Origin: Silicimonas sp.
GTDB lineage: Bacteria; Pseudomonadota; Alphaproteobacteria; Rhodobacterales; Rhodobacteraceae
Length of the DNA: 64,000 nt
NCBI GenBank assembly: GCA_022824525.1
Contig: JAJDZT010000052.1
Coordinates: forward strand, 18,047-82,046
Reading direction: 5' to 3'
Of this stretch, positions 1 through 10,424 are shown one piece after another; positions within the stretch are counted from its first letter, which is position 1; each line of letters opens with the position of its first letter. The notes under the pieces were generated by a model. The model made no database searches and was not told the DNA's origin. It was given only the letters and a program-made list of their open reading frames with translations. The translations under genes and the position numbers were made by a program.

Positions 1-1348
1 CGCTCACTTGAAGAGCGAAACCCATCTGATGCGGCGTATCCAGGCGGGTGAGGATCGACGCTACGTCCGGGTGGCCAGCCGGCCGATCGAGGCGGAGGAG
101 AGTTCCATCAAGGTCGTCTTGGTGATTGACGATGTCTCGAATGAAGAGCGCAATCGTCAGGTCGTGGAACGCAAGAACCGCCTTGACGCGCTAGGTCAGT
201 TGACCGGCGGCATTGCACATGACTTCAACAACCTTCTCGCGTCGCAGCTCTATGCCGTGGGCCTTGCCCGAACCACGACCGACCCGGAGAAGCGGGACGC
301 ATATCTTGCGACGGCGGCCGAGTCGATTGAACGCGGCCGATCTCTCACGACGCGGCTTCTGGCCTTTGCACGACGTCAGCCGGGCCTTGCCTCGGTCAAG
401 CTGACCGCCGAGGTGCTTGCGGATTTCGAGAAGCTTGTGCGCCCCATGATCGAGGCAAAGATCGAGGTGGGTTTCGTCGTCGATGACCCGGACCTGCGGC
501 ACTACTGCGACCAGACGCAGCTGGAAACCGCTTTGATGAACCTCGTGCTGAACAGCCGCGATGCCATGTTGCGGAGTGGGAGCGGATCACGGATCGAAAT
601 CCGGGCACGTCCCGTTCGATCATCCAACGACGAAATGGATGCACTTCGCTCCGACGACCGCATCGAGAAGGAGGCGCGAGACGCGGCCACGTTCCGATAC
701 GTGGAATTCAGCGTTACGGACAATGGTCCTGGCATGGATGAGGAAACCCTGTCGCGCTGCACTGACCCATTCTTCACGACGAAGGGTACAAATTCAGGCA
801 CGGGGCTTGGTTTGGCGATGGTTTATGGCTTTGTGCGCCAGTCCGACGGAGATTTCCGCATCTATTCGGAAGAGGGCGTTGGAACGACCGTTCAAATGAT
901 GATCCCGCGCGGCACGGAATTGGGGGCCCGCGAAGCCCCGATGCCGCCTGACGAAATCGAAAGGGGTGGAGGCGAAACTATCCTGATCGCCGAAGACGAA
1001 CCGGTCCTGACCATGATGTTGCGGGATGTGCTGGAAGACCTTGGCTACAAGGTCCTTGCGGCGAATTCCGGCCAGCAGGCGCTGCGGTTGGTGGAATCCG
1101 GCAAGGCGTTCGATCTGCTTCTGACCGATGTGGTCATGCCGGGCGAGATCGGTGGTTTCGAACTTGCGCGCCTTGTCCGCGAGGTGCGCCCGAACGTGCC
1201 GGTGATCTACACGTCAGGTTTTACCGGGTTTACGGCAACAGAGATGGGCGAAGTGCAAGCCCCTCTCATTCAGAAACCGGCGCCGCCCGCCGAGTTGGCC
1301 CGCATCATCGCGTCCGCGCTGGCCAAACAGAAGCGCGCGTTGAACTAG
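1..1348 (+). CDS. hybrid sensor histidine kinase / response regulator (5' end runs off the window)
   Basis: Frame is open to base 1 (track start at 8 is only a TTG). H-box LGQLTGGIAHDFNNLL, N-box LVLNSRDAM, G-boxes DNGPGMD and GTGLGLAMV, then a C-terminal receiver (ILIAEDEPVL ... DLLLTDVVMPG ... PLIQKP). Confidence 0.88.
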   Translation, partial: AHLKSETHLMRRIQAGEDRRYVRVASRPIEAEESSIKVVLVIDDVSNEERNRQVVERKNRLDALGQLTGGIAHDFNNLLASQLYAVGLARTTTDPEKRDAYLATAAESIERGRSLTTRLLAFARRQPGLASVKLTAEVLADFEKLVRPMIEAKIEVGFVVDDPDLRHYCDQTQLETALMNLVLNSRDAMLRSGSGSRIEIRARPVRSSNDEMDALRSDDRIEKEARDAATFRYVEFSVTDNGPGMDEETLSRCTDPFFTTKGTNSGTGLGLAMVYGFVRQSDGDFRIYSEEGVGTTVQMMIPRGTELGAREAPMPPDEIERGGGETILIAEDEPVLTMMLRDVLEDLGYKVLAANSGQQALRLVESGKAFDLLLTDVVMPGEIGGFELARLVREVRPNVPVIYTSGFTGFTATEMGEVQAPLIQKPAPPAELARIIASALAKQKRALN

Positions 1349-1351
1349 CAC

Positions 1352-1386
1352 AAAAAAAACGCGCCTGGTCAGGCGCGTTCTTTTTT
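1352..1386. terminator. bidirectional rho-independent terminator between convergent genes
   Basis: Perfect 9-bp stem AACGCGCCT (1358-1366) / AGGCGCGTT (1371-1379), loop GGTC, A-run 1352-1359 and T-run 1381-1386. Sits between stop codons at 1348 (+) and 1404 (-). Confidence 0.75.
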
Positions 1387-1403
1387 CGGATGAACCTGTA
1401 GGA

Positions 1404-1745
1404 TCAGGCGGCGCGACGTGCCTCTTCCGCTGCAGCAGCGGCTTCGGCGGCGTTCCGGCGTTCGCTTTCTTCGCGCGACAGCGCGACGGAGGTGCGAACT
1501 CCCTTGCCAACGAATTCCATGAGACCCTTCACAACCCGCTCATTTGGGTCGATCCCGGCACAGGACAGCACTTCGCGACCATCGCGCGAGCGTGCCCAAC
1601 GGGCGATCTGCTCCGGCCCGTTTCCGTATTTCTTGTCGTCGGCGATGGCATCATCGAGGGCTGCGAGTACAACAGCCGCAAAGAGCTTCCGCGCGCGGTT
1701 GCCCTGCTCGTGATTGAATGCCGTGCCGTCCACAAAATCTGCCAT
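1404..1745 (-). CDS. hypothetical protein (113 aa)
   Basis: ORF taken from ATG 1745 (track start 1769 is GTG), with AAAGGA about 7 nt upstream. Ala/Glu-rich C-terminus. No family recognised. The call rests on ORF length and placement between the terminator and the divergent efp promoter region. Confidence 0.5.
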   Translation of the reverse strand: MADFVDGTAFNHEQGNRARKLFAAVVLAALDDAIADDKKYGNGPEQIARWARSRDGREVLSCAGIDPNERVVKGLMEFVGKGVRTSVALSREESERRNAAEAAAAAEEARRAA

Positions 1746-1964
1746 GCTTGGTCCTTTTTTTGTCTTCACTTACCGCGTCTGATGGCGTCCGTCGTTTATG
1801 ACGGTTCCGTGACCCGTTTTGTTTTTCTTTTTTGGAATGCCTGATATGCACAGGGTGCATACCTAACGCGTTCCTCCCCAGGTTTTTGCCCATCTTGCGG
1901 GGCGTTCCTTGGTGGAATATAGGGAATTCGGCTTACGAATCAACAAAAACATAGGTTTACGTGG

Positions 1965-2528
1965 ATGGCGAAGATCAACGGAAACGAAATTCGTCCGGGA
2001 AATGTGCTGGAGCACAACGACGGACTTTGGGTCGCCGTGAAGGTCGACCATGTAAAACCGGGCAAGGGAGGCGCTTTCGCGCAGGTTGAGCTCAAGAATC
2101 TGCGGAATGGCTCCAAATTGAACGAAAGATTCCGTTCTGCTGACAAAGTCGAGAAGGTGCGACTCGAGCAAAAGGACCAACAGTTTCTGTTCGAGTCGGA
2201 CGGCATGCTGACCTTCATGGACAGCGAGACATTCGAGCAAATTGAACTTCCTGCGGACATTCTGGGCGAACGTCGCCCATTTTTGCAGGATGGGATGACA
2301 ATCCAGATCGAATACCACGAATCGGAGGCCCTCAGCGCCACTCTTCCGCAGAAGGTGACCTGCACCGTGGTCGAGACCGAGCCGGTCGTGAAGGGCCAGA
2401 CGGCAGCGAACAGCTTCAAGCCGGCCGTCCTCGACAATGGCGTGCGCGTCATGATCCCGCCGTTCGTGGGTGAAGGAGAGGCGATCATCGTCAACACAGA
2501 GACGATGGAATACACGGAACGCGCCTGA
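1965..2528 (+). CDS. efp: elongation factor P
   Basis: 187 aa, typical EF-P length. N-terminal [16 protein letters not shown] and the conserved loop [16 protein letters not shown]. Three-domain length and ...TGEYxxR-like C-terminus ([10 protein letters not shown]). Confidence 0.95.
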   Translation: MAKINGNEIRPGNVLEHNDGLWVAVKVDHVKPGKGGAFAQVELKNLRNGSKLNERFRSADKVEKVRLEQKDQQFLFESDGMLTFMDSETFEQIELPADILGERRPFLQDGMTIQIEYHESEALSATLPQKVTCTVVETEPVVKGQTAANSFKPAVLDNGVRVMIPPFVGEGEAIIVNTETMEYTERA

Positions 2529-2647
2529 GCCGCATGTTTTCGAGGCAGGTTTGCAACGCATAGCCGGTATGCCCATGAATACCGTGCATTAAGAGGTTTC
2601 GGCCTATATGGAGGCGTCGATACCGCTAACGACCCTCCAGGAGCTTC

Positions 2648-4267
2648 ATGGAACGTGCCCTTACCGCCTTTTTTGGCGACCGTCCGAGTTTTGACAATTT
2701 AGGAGGTGGCCTGACACCGGCACGTCTTCGCGTTGAAGTGCTGTCAGGCCTGACCGTGGCTCTTGCTCTCGTACCGGAAGCCGTGGCTTTTGCCTTCGTG
2801 GCCGGCGTGCACCCGCTGGTCGGACTCTACGCAGCTTTCATCGTGGGTCTCATCACCGCGTTGATTGGCGGACGTCCGGGCATGATCTCGGGCGCGACGG
2901 GTGCGCTGGCAGTGGTCATGGTTTCCCTCGTCGCGACGCACGGCGTCGAGTACCTGTTTGCGACGGTTGTCTTGATGGGGCTGATCCAGATCGCGGCGGG
3001 CGTTTTCCGGTTTGGCAAGTTCATCCGGTTGGTGCCGCATCCCGTGATGCTGGGCTTCGTGAACGGGCTTGCCATCGTGATCTTTCTCGCCCAGCTGACC
3101 CAGTTCAAGGTGCCTGGCACGGCCGAAGTGAGCGGCCACGGTATGACCGGGGGCGAATGGCTCTTCGGCGGCCCGCTTGCGCTCATGCTCGCCCTTGTGG
3201 CGCTGACCATGGCGATCATCTGGGTCGTGCCCAAAGTAACAAAGGCCATCCCGGCACCGCTTGCAGGTATCGGGATCGTGGCTGCTATCGTGATCCTCTT
3301 TGGGCTGGACGTTCCCCGGGTGGGCGACATGGCGTCGATCGAAGGGGGGCTGCCAAGCTTCCATATTCCGATGGTGCCGCTCAACCTTGAGACGCTGGAA
3401 ATCATCCTGCCTTACGCGTTCATTCTGGCCGCAATCGGCCTGATTGAAAGTCTTCTGACATTGAACCTTGTGGGCGAGATGACGAACAAGCGCGGCGGAG
3501 CCAGCCAGGAATGCGTGGCCCAGGGCGTGGCGAACACCGTCACCGGCTTTTTCGGTGGCATGGGGGGCTGCGCGATGATCGGGCAATCCATGATCAACGT
3601 GAAGTCCGGCGGGCGTACGCGCATTGCTGGCGTTGCTGCCGCGCTGTTCCTGCTCGCCTTCATCGTCGTGGCAAGCCCCGTGATCGAGATGATCCCGCTT
3701 GCTGCGCTGGTGGGCGTGATGTTCATGGTGGTGATCGGCACCTTCGCCTGGAACTCGATCAAGGTTTTGCGGAAAGTGCCGCTGACCGATGCGTTCGTCA
3801 TCCTGCTCGTAACCGGCGTGACCGTGGCCTACGACCTTGCCATCGCGGTTTTCGTGGGCGTCGTCGTCTCCGCGTTGGCCTATGCCTGGAACAACGCAAC
3901 GCGCATCAACGCCAGCACCTATGAAACCCCGGAAGGGGCCAAGGTCTACAAGGTCCGTGGTCCACTTTTCTTCGGGTCCTCGGACGGGTTCACGGAACTC
4001 TTTGACCCTGCGGAAGACCCAAGCCTCGTGATCGTGGACTTCGCCGAAAGCCGCGTCGTCGATCAGTCCGCTCTGACCGCCATCGAAGCCGTTGCCGCGA
4101 AGTACGAGGCGGCCGGCAAGGCGCTTCAACTGCGTCATCTGAGCCGGGATTGTCACCGCCTTCTGACCAAGGCGGGGAGCCTGATCGTGGATAGTGACGA
4201 TGATCCGGATTACCAGATCGCCGTCGACTACGGCGTGCGCATTGGTCAGTTGGGATCAGCTCACTAA
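2648..4267 (+). CDS. SulP family inorganic anion (sulfate) permease with C-terminal STAS domain
   Basis: 539 aa with about 11 hydrophobic helices (e.g. LTVALALVPEAVAFAFVAG, GLITALIGGRPGMISGATGA). Then a soluble STAS-like domain (YKVRGPLFFGSSDGF ... VVDFAESRVVDQSALTAIE). Confidence 0.9.
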   Translation: MERALTAFFGDRPSFDNLGGGLTPARLRVEVLSGLTVALALVPEAVAFAFVAGVHPLVGLYAAFIVGLITALIGGRPGMISGATGALAVVMVSLVATHGVEYLFATVVLMGLIQIAAGVFRFGKFIRLVPHPVMLGFVNGLAIVIFLAQLTQFKVPGTAEVSGHGMTGGEWLFGGPLALMLALVALTMAIIWVVPKVTKAIPAPLAGIGIVAAIVILFGLDVPRVGDMASIEGGLPSFHIPMVPLNLETLEIILPYAFILAAIGLIESLLTLNLVGEMTNKRGGASQECVAQGVANTVTGFFGGMGGCAMIGQSMINVKSGGRTRIAGVAAALFLLAFIVVASPVIEMIPLAALVGVMFMVVIGTFAWNSIKVLRKVPLTDAFVILLVTGVTVAYDLAIAVFVGVVVSALAYAWNNATRINASTYETPEGAKVYKVRGPLFFGSSDGFTELFDPAEDPSLVIVDFAESRVVDQSALTAIEAVAAKYEAAGKALQLRHLSRDCHRLLTKAGSLIVDSDDDPDYQIAVDYGVRIGQLGSAH

Positions 4268-5646
4268 GCGCTTTTGCCGATCAGATGGCGAATTGAGTTG
4301 GCATAGAAGGTCAGGATATCGCGCTGACCTTCGGCCACTTCGATCCCGCTTTCGCTTTCGGTGACGATCCGGCGGAGGAGGAGCATGCGCAGTCCGGTTT
4401 CGACGGCATAGCTCAGATCGTCCCGCGGGATATGGATGTGCGCATTGTTCGCCGTAGCTTCCGCATGGCTGGTGTCCGCAGCGGCGATAAGCTCGGGCCG
4501 GGTGATCGGACCGTCGCGCTCCTCCAGAATGGATGCAATCAGCGGGACCGGCAGGATTGGCACGATTCCCAGCATTCTTCGCCGCAGCTCCGCACCCAGT
4601 GCCTTCGTCGTTTCCTTTGGATGGGCCTTGGAAAAATTCGCGAGCGATACCGGTTCTCCGAAGGACACGGCGGCGTAACCGAAGCGGTAGAACGTCCCAC
4701 GAAGTTTCTTGATCAGGTGACGGAAGAAGAACCTGACGGCCGTCGGAATCGCGGCCCGGAACTTTCGTTCGCCCATCTTGTGCGCCTTGATCAGAACGCG
4801 GTCTTCGAGAACGCGATCGTAGTTGAGCGACACCGGGACGAAGACCACGTCGCGTCCCTCGGGCTTGTAGCCGGTCACGATGTAATTCAGGAACCCGAGC
4901 TTCGGATTGGCGATCTGCCCGTCGAGGGACAGTCCCCCCTCTGGGAAGACCGCCTGCGTGACGCCGCCCGCCGTCGCCATCTGCACGTAGCGGGCCAGCA
5001 CTTTGCGATAGAGCGGACTGCGGGAGCGACGGCGGATGAAGAAAGCCCCCATGGACCGGATGAGCGCGGAAAGCGGCCAGACCCGCGCCCATTCGCCGAC
5101 AGCATAGGATAAGGCCGAGCGCTCGGCAGCGAGCCATGTGACCAGCAAATAGTCCATGTTGGAGCGGTGGTTCATTACGAAGACGACCGTCGCCTCGGGG
5201 TCGATCTTGGCGATGTTCTCTTCATCGAAGACACCGACGCGCACCCGGAAGAGCATCTGGCTCAACCATTTGGATACGCGTGTGCCAAAGCCGAAATACG
5301 CGCTCGCGCTGAAGGACGGCACGATCTCGCGCGCATAGCGTTCGACCTGCTCGAAGGCCACGTCTTCGCGCAGGCCCTCTTCCTTCGCATGGGCGACGAT
5401 TGCCTCAGCGACCTCCGGATCGTATTTCAGCCGCTGGATCATGTCTGTCCGGCGGGCGAGCTTGAACGGTTCAATCGGGCGCTGAAGCCGCTTGTTCAGT
5501 TGCGCTACAACCCGTTCTGCGCGTTTCCGGAAGAACCAGCGAATGGATGGGCCAATCACCCGATCCAGTATGGAAAGCGCAGCAAAAAGGCCGAAGAAGA
5601 GAAGGGCCCAGACAGGTATGGCGACGGTTTCAAACATCCGCGCCAT
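4264..5646 (-). CDS. PlsB-like glycerol-3-phosphate/lysophospholipid acyltransferase family protein
   Basis: N-terminal TM helix. Acyltransferase blocks NHRSNMD (HX4D), GAFFIRRR, FPEGGLSLDG and VPVSLNYD in the canonical order. Confidence 0.85.
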   Translation of the reverse strand: MARMFETVAIPVWALLFFGLFAALSILDRVIGPSIRWFFRKRAERVVAQLNKRLQRPIEPFKLARRTDMIQRLKYDPEVAEAIVAHAKEEGLREDVAFEQVERYAREIVPSFSASAYFGFGTRVSKWLSQMLFRVRVGVFDEENIAKIDPEATVVFVMNHRSNMDYLLVTWLAAERSALSYAVGEWARVWPLSALIRSMGAFFIRRRSRSPLYRKVLARYVQMATAGGVTQAVFPEGGLSLDGQIANPKLGFLNYIVTGYKPEGRDVVFVPVSLNYDRVLEDRVLIKAHKMGERKFRAAIPTAVRFFFRHLIKKLRGTFYRFGYAAVSFGEPVSLANFSKAHPKETTKALGAELRRRMLGIVPILPVPLIASILEERDGPITRPELIAAADTSHAEATANNAHIHIPRDDLSYAVETGLRMLLLRRIVTESESGIEVAEGQRDILTFYANSIRHLIGKSA

Positions 5647-5708
5647 CCAAGTTTCTTAAGCCGAGCTTGGCAAGGCCCCTTGGAGAGCCTTGCATGATCT
5701 TCGGTGTC

Positions 5709-6866
5709 TCAGTTGAGATACGGGCCCGGATCGACGCTGTCGAAGCCTTCACGTACTTCGAAATGCAGGAATGGCGGGCTTGCCGCGCGCACGACGGCGA
5801 TCTGGTCGCCGCGGCGGACGCTGTCGCCTTTCTCCACTGCGATTTCGTCAACGCCTGCATAGACCGTGAGCAGGTTGCCGGCATGCCGGATCACAAGGAT
5901 CGGGACTTGATCGGTGTCGCGGGTGATGGCTGCAACCGTGCCGTCGTCCGCCGCCACGACACCTGAGCCGGCGTTGGCCGAGATGCCGATTCCTTCGTTC
6001 TCGCCCTTGGAGTAGGGGCGAATGATGCTGCCTTGGACAGGCATCTTGAGTTTCGAAGTGTCAGACGCGGCGGTCTGGGTGTTTTGAAGCGGCTTCGCTT
6101 CAGGTTCCGGCTCCGGTTCCGGTGCAACGGCCACGGGCTGAACGTCTTCGGTCGGCAATGGCCGCGACGCAGACGGAGGCGTTGGCGTCGAACTGCCCAC
6201 GCCCGGCGCTTCGATCGAGGCCACGCGCACATCCTCGCCGCGGGTCGATGGAGCCGGTGCGATCGGGATCAGCAAGTACTGCCCAACGCGAAGGCCGAGA
6301 TCGGGGCCGAGCCCGTTCCATTCGGCGAGTTCGGCGACAGGAATGTCATAGAGCCGGGCGATGGAAAACGCGGTTTCGCCGGGTTTTACCCGGTGCCGCG
6401 ACGGCTCGCGGCCGGACGAAACACCCGGCGTGCCTTCTGCGGCATCGATGGCGGTTGACGCGATGGTCACGACATCCGTTTCTCCGCCCAAAGGCGGTGC
6501 CTCGGCCGGTACGCGGCGGGGCAGGGCAAGGATCTCACCGTCCCGCAGGACAACGGTATCCGGCAATGTGTTGTGCCGTGCCAGTTCCTCCGCCGGGATC
6601 CCGACACGCGCCGCGACTGTGCGGACGGTGTCGCCGCGACGGGCGACTGCAACCTGGTAACCAGGATAGGTCACGACGCCGCGCGTGTCTGGCACGGGGC
6701 GTTGCATGTTGGCGTTTCGCGCGGCATCCGATGTATCAAGCTGGCCCGCACTGCCCCGAAGATCGAGGTCGAGCCCACCGAAGAGGCTGCTGCCCCCATC
6801 ACCGCTACATCCGGCAAGCGCAAGCGCGCTGCTGGCCAAAAGGATCTTGAAAGCCGGAATTCTCAT
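5709..6866 (-). CDS. LysM-domain M23 (LytM) peptidase lipoprotein, NlpD-like
   Basis: Start moved to ATG 6866, giving the lipoprotein signal MRIPAFKILLASSALALAGC. Two LysM-like repeats (YQVAVARRGDTVRTVAARVGIPAEELARHN; HRVKPGETAFSIARLYDIPVAELAEWN), a Pro-rich linker and a C-terminal M23 domain (GIGISANAGSGVVAADDGTV ... LHFEVREG). Classic surE-pcm-nlpD gene order. Confidence 0.85.
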   Translation of the reverse strand: MRIPAFKILLASSALALAGCSGDGGSSLFGGLDLDLRGSAGQLDTSDAARNANMQRPVPDTRGVVTYPGYQVAVARRGDTVRTVAARVGIPAEELARHNTLPDTVVLRDGEILALPRRVPAEAPPLGGETDVVTIASTAIDAAEGTPGVSSGREPSRHRVKPGETAFSIARLYDIPVAELAEWNGLGPDLGLRVGQYLLIPIAPAPSTRGEDVRVASIEAPGVGSSTPTPPSASRPLPTEDVQPVAVAPEPEPEPEAKPLQNTQTAASDTSKLKMPVQGSIIRPYSKGENEGIGISANAGSGVVAADDGTVAAITRDTDQVPILVIRHAGNLLTVYAGVDEIAVEKGDSVRRGDQIAVVRAASPPFLHFEVREGFDSVDPGPYLN

Positions 6867-7029
6867 AATCTGCCTACTCCTCACCGTCTGATCGCAGCCC
6901 TCTTTCGGAGCCGTTTTCGCGCTTACCCGCCACATATGGGTCGCACGACCTGCCTTTGCACAAGATATTAACACCTAAACCACACGGCAATCCAGTGTTC
7001 TTGTGCAGAAAACGAGCGAAAAGACGGTG

Positions 7030-7671
7030 TCAGTCGGCGCTCATGCCCTCGACCAGTGGAACGAAGCGGACTTGGCGCAATTCGTCATATTCAAACCCGG
7101 TTTCGGTTCGGGTAACCTTGATCAATGCCTGAACGGCGTCTGATTGCCCGACAGGAACCACCATGATCCCGCCCAATTTCAATTCTTCCAATAGTGGACC
7201 GGGTGGATCCTCGGCGGCGGCGGTGATCAGGATGCGGTCGAACGGTGCCTGCTCGGGCAGACCACGTGTGCCATCGGCCGCCATGGACGTGATGTTGGTG
7301 AGACCAAGCTCATCGAAGACGGCCTGCGCTTCCTTGACCAGTCTGCGGTGGCGGTCGAGCGTGTAGACGCGTCGGGCAAGTTGGCTCAGGACGGCGGCCT
7401 GGTAACCGGACCCCGTACCGATCTCCAACACCTTGTGGCGGGCGTCGACCTGCAGAGCTTGCGTCATAAGCCCGACCACCGACGGCTGGCTGATCGTCTG
7501 GCCGCAAGCGATGGGAAGCGGCATGTCTTCGTAAGCACGTTCGGCAAAGAGCCCTTTGACAAAAGCACCGCGGTCAATTTTCTCCATCGCCTCGAGAACA
7601 CGTTTGTCCATCACGCCCTTTGAGCGGAGCGCGAACAGAAATTGCATCTTGGCTTCTGCGTCCTGCGTCAT
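7030..7671 (-). CDS. pcm: protein-L-isoaspartate O-methyltransferase
   Basis: 213 aa. TISQPSVV motif and SAM motif [15 protein letters not shown]. The start overlaps the surE stop by 4 nt. Confidence 0.92.
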   Translation of the reverse strand: MTQDAEAKMQFLFALRSKGVMDKRVLEAMEKIDRGAFVKGLFAERAYEDMPLPIACGQTISQPSVVGLMTQALQVDARHKVLEIGTGSGYQAAVLSQLARRVYTLDRHRRLVKEAQAVFDELGLTNITSMAADGTRGLPEQAPFDRILITAAAEDPPGPLLEELKLGGIMVVPVGQSDAVQALIKVTRTETGFEYDELRQVRFVPLVEGMSAD

Positions 7672-8456
7672 GTATCGAGCCGTTCCCGCAATGCCGCGAG
7701 TGTCTCATGCGCGGTCAGGTCAGCACGCAGCGGCGTGATCGAGGTGTAGCCTTCAAGGTTGGCAGCCACGTCGCTGCCAGGGGCAGTCGGCAAGTGCTGC
7801 GGCCCCCCTTTGACCCAAAGGAACATGCGCCCTGAAGGGGAGCGGTGCGGCTCCACGCCCATATTGGTCTCTGCGCGCCAGCCTTGCGTGGTGACGCGCT
7901 GTCCCTTCACGGCACTCGCGGGGACCGGAGGGAAATTGACGTTGTAGAACACGCGGTAGTCTTCATCATCCCATTGCCCATGGCGAAGCAAGCTGCGGAC
8001 GGTGGCCGCACCATGCACGGAGGCGGCTTCAAAAGGGTTGTCCAAGGCATTGTTTTCCGGACCATAAAACTGGCTCAATGCGATGGCGGGCATGCCCTGA
8101 AGTGCGGCTTCCATGGCCGCGCCGATGGTGCCGGAATAAAGAACATTCTCCGCTGCATTGTTGCCCCGGTTCACGCCGGACAGCACAAGGTCAGGCGGCG
8201 TGTCCTTCATGACCTGATACAGGGCGGCCAGAACGCAATCGGCTGGAGAGCCTTCCGCCGCAAAGCGACGCTCCCCGAACTGGGAGAGCATCGTCGGGTG
8301 CGTGTAGCTGATACAGTGGCCCACACCGGATTGCTCGAAGGCGGGTGCAACAGTCCAAACCTCGCCGTCTTCGCCCGCGATTTCCTCGGCAATGGCTTCG
8401 AGCACCTTCAGCCCCGGTGCGTTGATCCCGTCGTCATTCGTGATGAGTATGCGCAT
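7668..8456 (-). CDS. surE: 5'/3'-nucleotidase SurE
   Basis: [16 protein letters not shown]-terminus, SGVNRGNN and [11 protein letters not shown] motifs, 262 aa. Confidence 0.93.
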   Translation of the reverse strand: MRILITNDDGINAPGLKVLEAIAEEIAGEDGEVWTVAPAFEQSGVGHCISYTHPTMLSQFGERRFAAEGSPADCVLAALYQVMKDTPPDLVLSGVNRGNNAAENVLYSGTIGAAMEAALQGMPAIALSQFYGPENNALDNPFEAASVHGAATVRSLLRHGQWDDEDYRVFYNVNFPPVPASAVKGQRVTTQGWRAETNMGVEPHRSPSGRMFLWVKGGPQHLPTAPGSDVAANLEGYTSITPLRADLTAHETLAALRERLDT

Positions 8457-8557
8457 TGGATTGCTTTAGGCGACGCTCAAAAGACGCACAAGCAGGGTTT
8501 GGTCGCAGGACGCCTGCTAACCCAGTCATCTTTGACGACAAGTGACGCCGACCGGGA

Positions 8558-9196
8558 TCAGAGGATATCCTTGAGTATGGACTGGGCCGCATCACGTTCC
8601 GACGTCAGGGGGGCGCGGTCTTCGCCGGGGAAGAACCGCGCGCGTGTGGCTGTCGGCAGCGGAGGAGGCGTGGCAATAACCACTTTGGGACCAGAATTCG
8701 CCGTCTCGGCCTGCCAGCATTTGGCAAGCGTAATCTGTGCGGACTTGGTCGCGCCATAGGAGCCGAAGAACTTCCCGTTTGCCGTGCTGTCCTCGAAAAA
8801 GACAGCCGTTCCGTGGGTTCCGAGAAGTGGTGCGACATAGGTGATCAAGGTCGCGGTGGCCGTCACGTTTGTCTCGACGCTTTTTGCCATGTCCTTTGCA
8901 TCTATATGGGCGGCCGGCGTCAACGGCGCTGCATGGACGGCGGCGTGAACCCAAAGGTCCAGCGAGCCCCATCGGTCGTAGATCGATCGACACAGCGTCG
9001 CCATTGCATCGGCGTTCGTGACGTCGAGCGGGGCGAGGGTTGCGCTTCCGCCCTTCGCCTGAATGCGATCATCCAACTCTTCCAGCCCGCCGACGGTACG
9101 TGCGACCGCGACGATGTGGTGTGTGTCCGACAGGGCTTCCGCCAGGGCCGCGCCAAGTCCGCGCGATGCCCCCGTGATCAAGGCAAGTTTGGTCAT
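8558..9196 (-). CDS. short-chain dehydrogenase/reductase (SDR) family oxidoreductase
   Basis: Start placed at ATG 9196 (MTKLALITGASRGLG = TGxxxGxG cofactor motif). Catalytic YxxxK in SYGATKSAQ. The track start at 9232 is a TTG. Confidence 0.8.
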   Translation of the reverse strand: MTKLALITGASRGLGAALAEALSDTHHIVAVARTVGGLEELDDRIQAKGGSATLAPLDVTNADAMATLCRSIYDRWGSLDLWVHAAVHAAPLTPAAHIDAKDMAKSVETNVTATATLITYVAPLLGTHGTAVFFEDSTANGKFFGSYGATKSAQITLAKCWQAETANSGPKVVIATPPPLPTATRARFFPGEDRAPLTSERDAAQSILKDIL

Positions 9197-9611
9197 GCCG
9201 CGCTGAATGAACGCGGCGCGGGCCGGGGTCAAGACAGGTCGTTGCCCGAGTGAAGACGCGCGAAAACGTGATCAGACTTGAATTGCAGCGCCACGTCGTG
9301 GACACTGTCGCAATAAGACTGGTCGGTTTCGGGGAGGGAACCCAGGTCCGATTTCCCGATCAGACGTGAGAACTACGTGCGTAAGTATCTCGCAGCGCTC
9401 ATTTTTTGCTGCGCACCAGACTGCCGGTTGCGACAGTAACCGTTCGACGACACGAAGACCCAAGGCCAAAGTATATGATGCTTGTTGCCCGGCCTTTTTC
9501 TGATCTTCCGCGCTCACCCGTTTTCGGGAGGCTCGCGTGAACTCGGTCGAAAGACCCGCTTTCCGGCAGGGATCGCCGGTGGCACGCGCTGGTGGGGCCT
9601 CGCTCAGCGCG

Positions 9612-10424
9612 ATGAAATCCCGGTTTCGGACACGTCGGCGTGGCGTCATGGTTACCGCACATCGCGGTCACTGGGATCCGGCGCCGGAGAACTCCCTTGC
9701 CGCGATCCGGGCGGCCAATGGCTGGGACGCAATCCAAATCGACATTCGCGTGGACCGGTTCGGTACACCCTTCCTGATGCATGACCAAAATCTGCTTCGA
9801 ATGACGGGGCAAATGGTGGATGCGTCGGACGTCACGCCAGATGATCGCCGCGCATTCCGCCTGCGCTCGGGTGCGGGCGGGGCGCACCAGGCCGCAACGG
9901 ATGAGCGCATTCCCACCTTGGAAGAGGCGTTTGCCGTGTTGGAGGGGACGCCTGCCTTCTTCGATCTGGATGTGAAGCGTCGCGAGGATCTGGAAACGGT
10001 CGCGGCGACCGTCGCCTCTCTTGGGTGTCAGGATCGAGCCACACTCAAGGTCGAAGTTCAGAGTGTCGATGATGTGGCGACCGCCTTGGAGCTTGAGCGG
10101 CGCTACGACATTATGGTCGTCGCCGGGATACAGCTTCGCGCAAAAGCCGATCTGGCACTCATTGTTGCGCTTCGGGAAGCCGATATCGCGGCAGTTGAGG
10201 CCGGGTTTCATGATGTGAACCTGCTTGCGAGCGCGGCGGCTTTTGCGAGCGATTTGATCCACTTCGGAACCACGACGCTGAATACGCGGCATCATTGCGG
10301 TTTGTCAGACAATCTTGCGCTGAGCAATCCAAGGGCGACTTGGGGGCGGCTGACGGCGGCCGGTGTCCGCCGGATCATGACGGATGAACCGCAAGCCTTG
10401 TCACGCTTTCTTCTGACCCGATAG
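9612..10424 (+). CDS. glycerophosphodiester phosphodiesterase (GDPD) family protein
   Basis: GDPD signature VTAHRGHWDPAPENSLAAI (HRG...EN). Start uncertain: in-frame candidates at 9537, 9612 and 9648. Confidence 0.7.
   Translation: MKSRFRTRRRGVMVTAHRGHWDPAPENSLAAIRAANGWDAIQIDIRVDRFGTPFLMHDQNLLRMTGQMVDASDVTPDDRRAFRLRSGAGGAHQAATDERIPTLEEAFAVLEGTPAFFDLDVKRREDLETVAATVASLGCQDRATLKVEVQSVDDVATALELERRYDIMVVAGIQLRAKADLALIVALREADIAAVEAGFHDVNLLASAAAFASDLIHFGTTTLNTRHHCGLSDNLALSNPRATWGRLTAAGVRRIMTDEPQALSRFLLTR

Noticed and set aside
1845-1861. Palindrome TATGCAC-agg-GTGCATA upstream of efp.
   Set aside because: It is short (7-bp arms) and unremarkable by itself. There is no evidence that it is more than chance or a minor operator, so it is not annotated.
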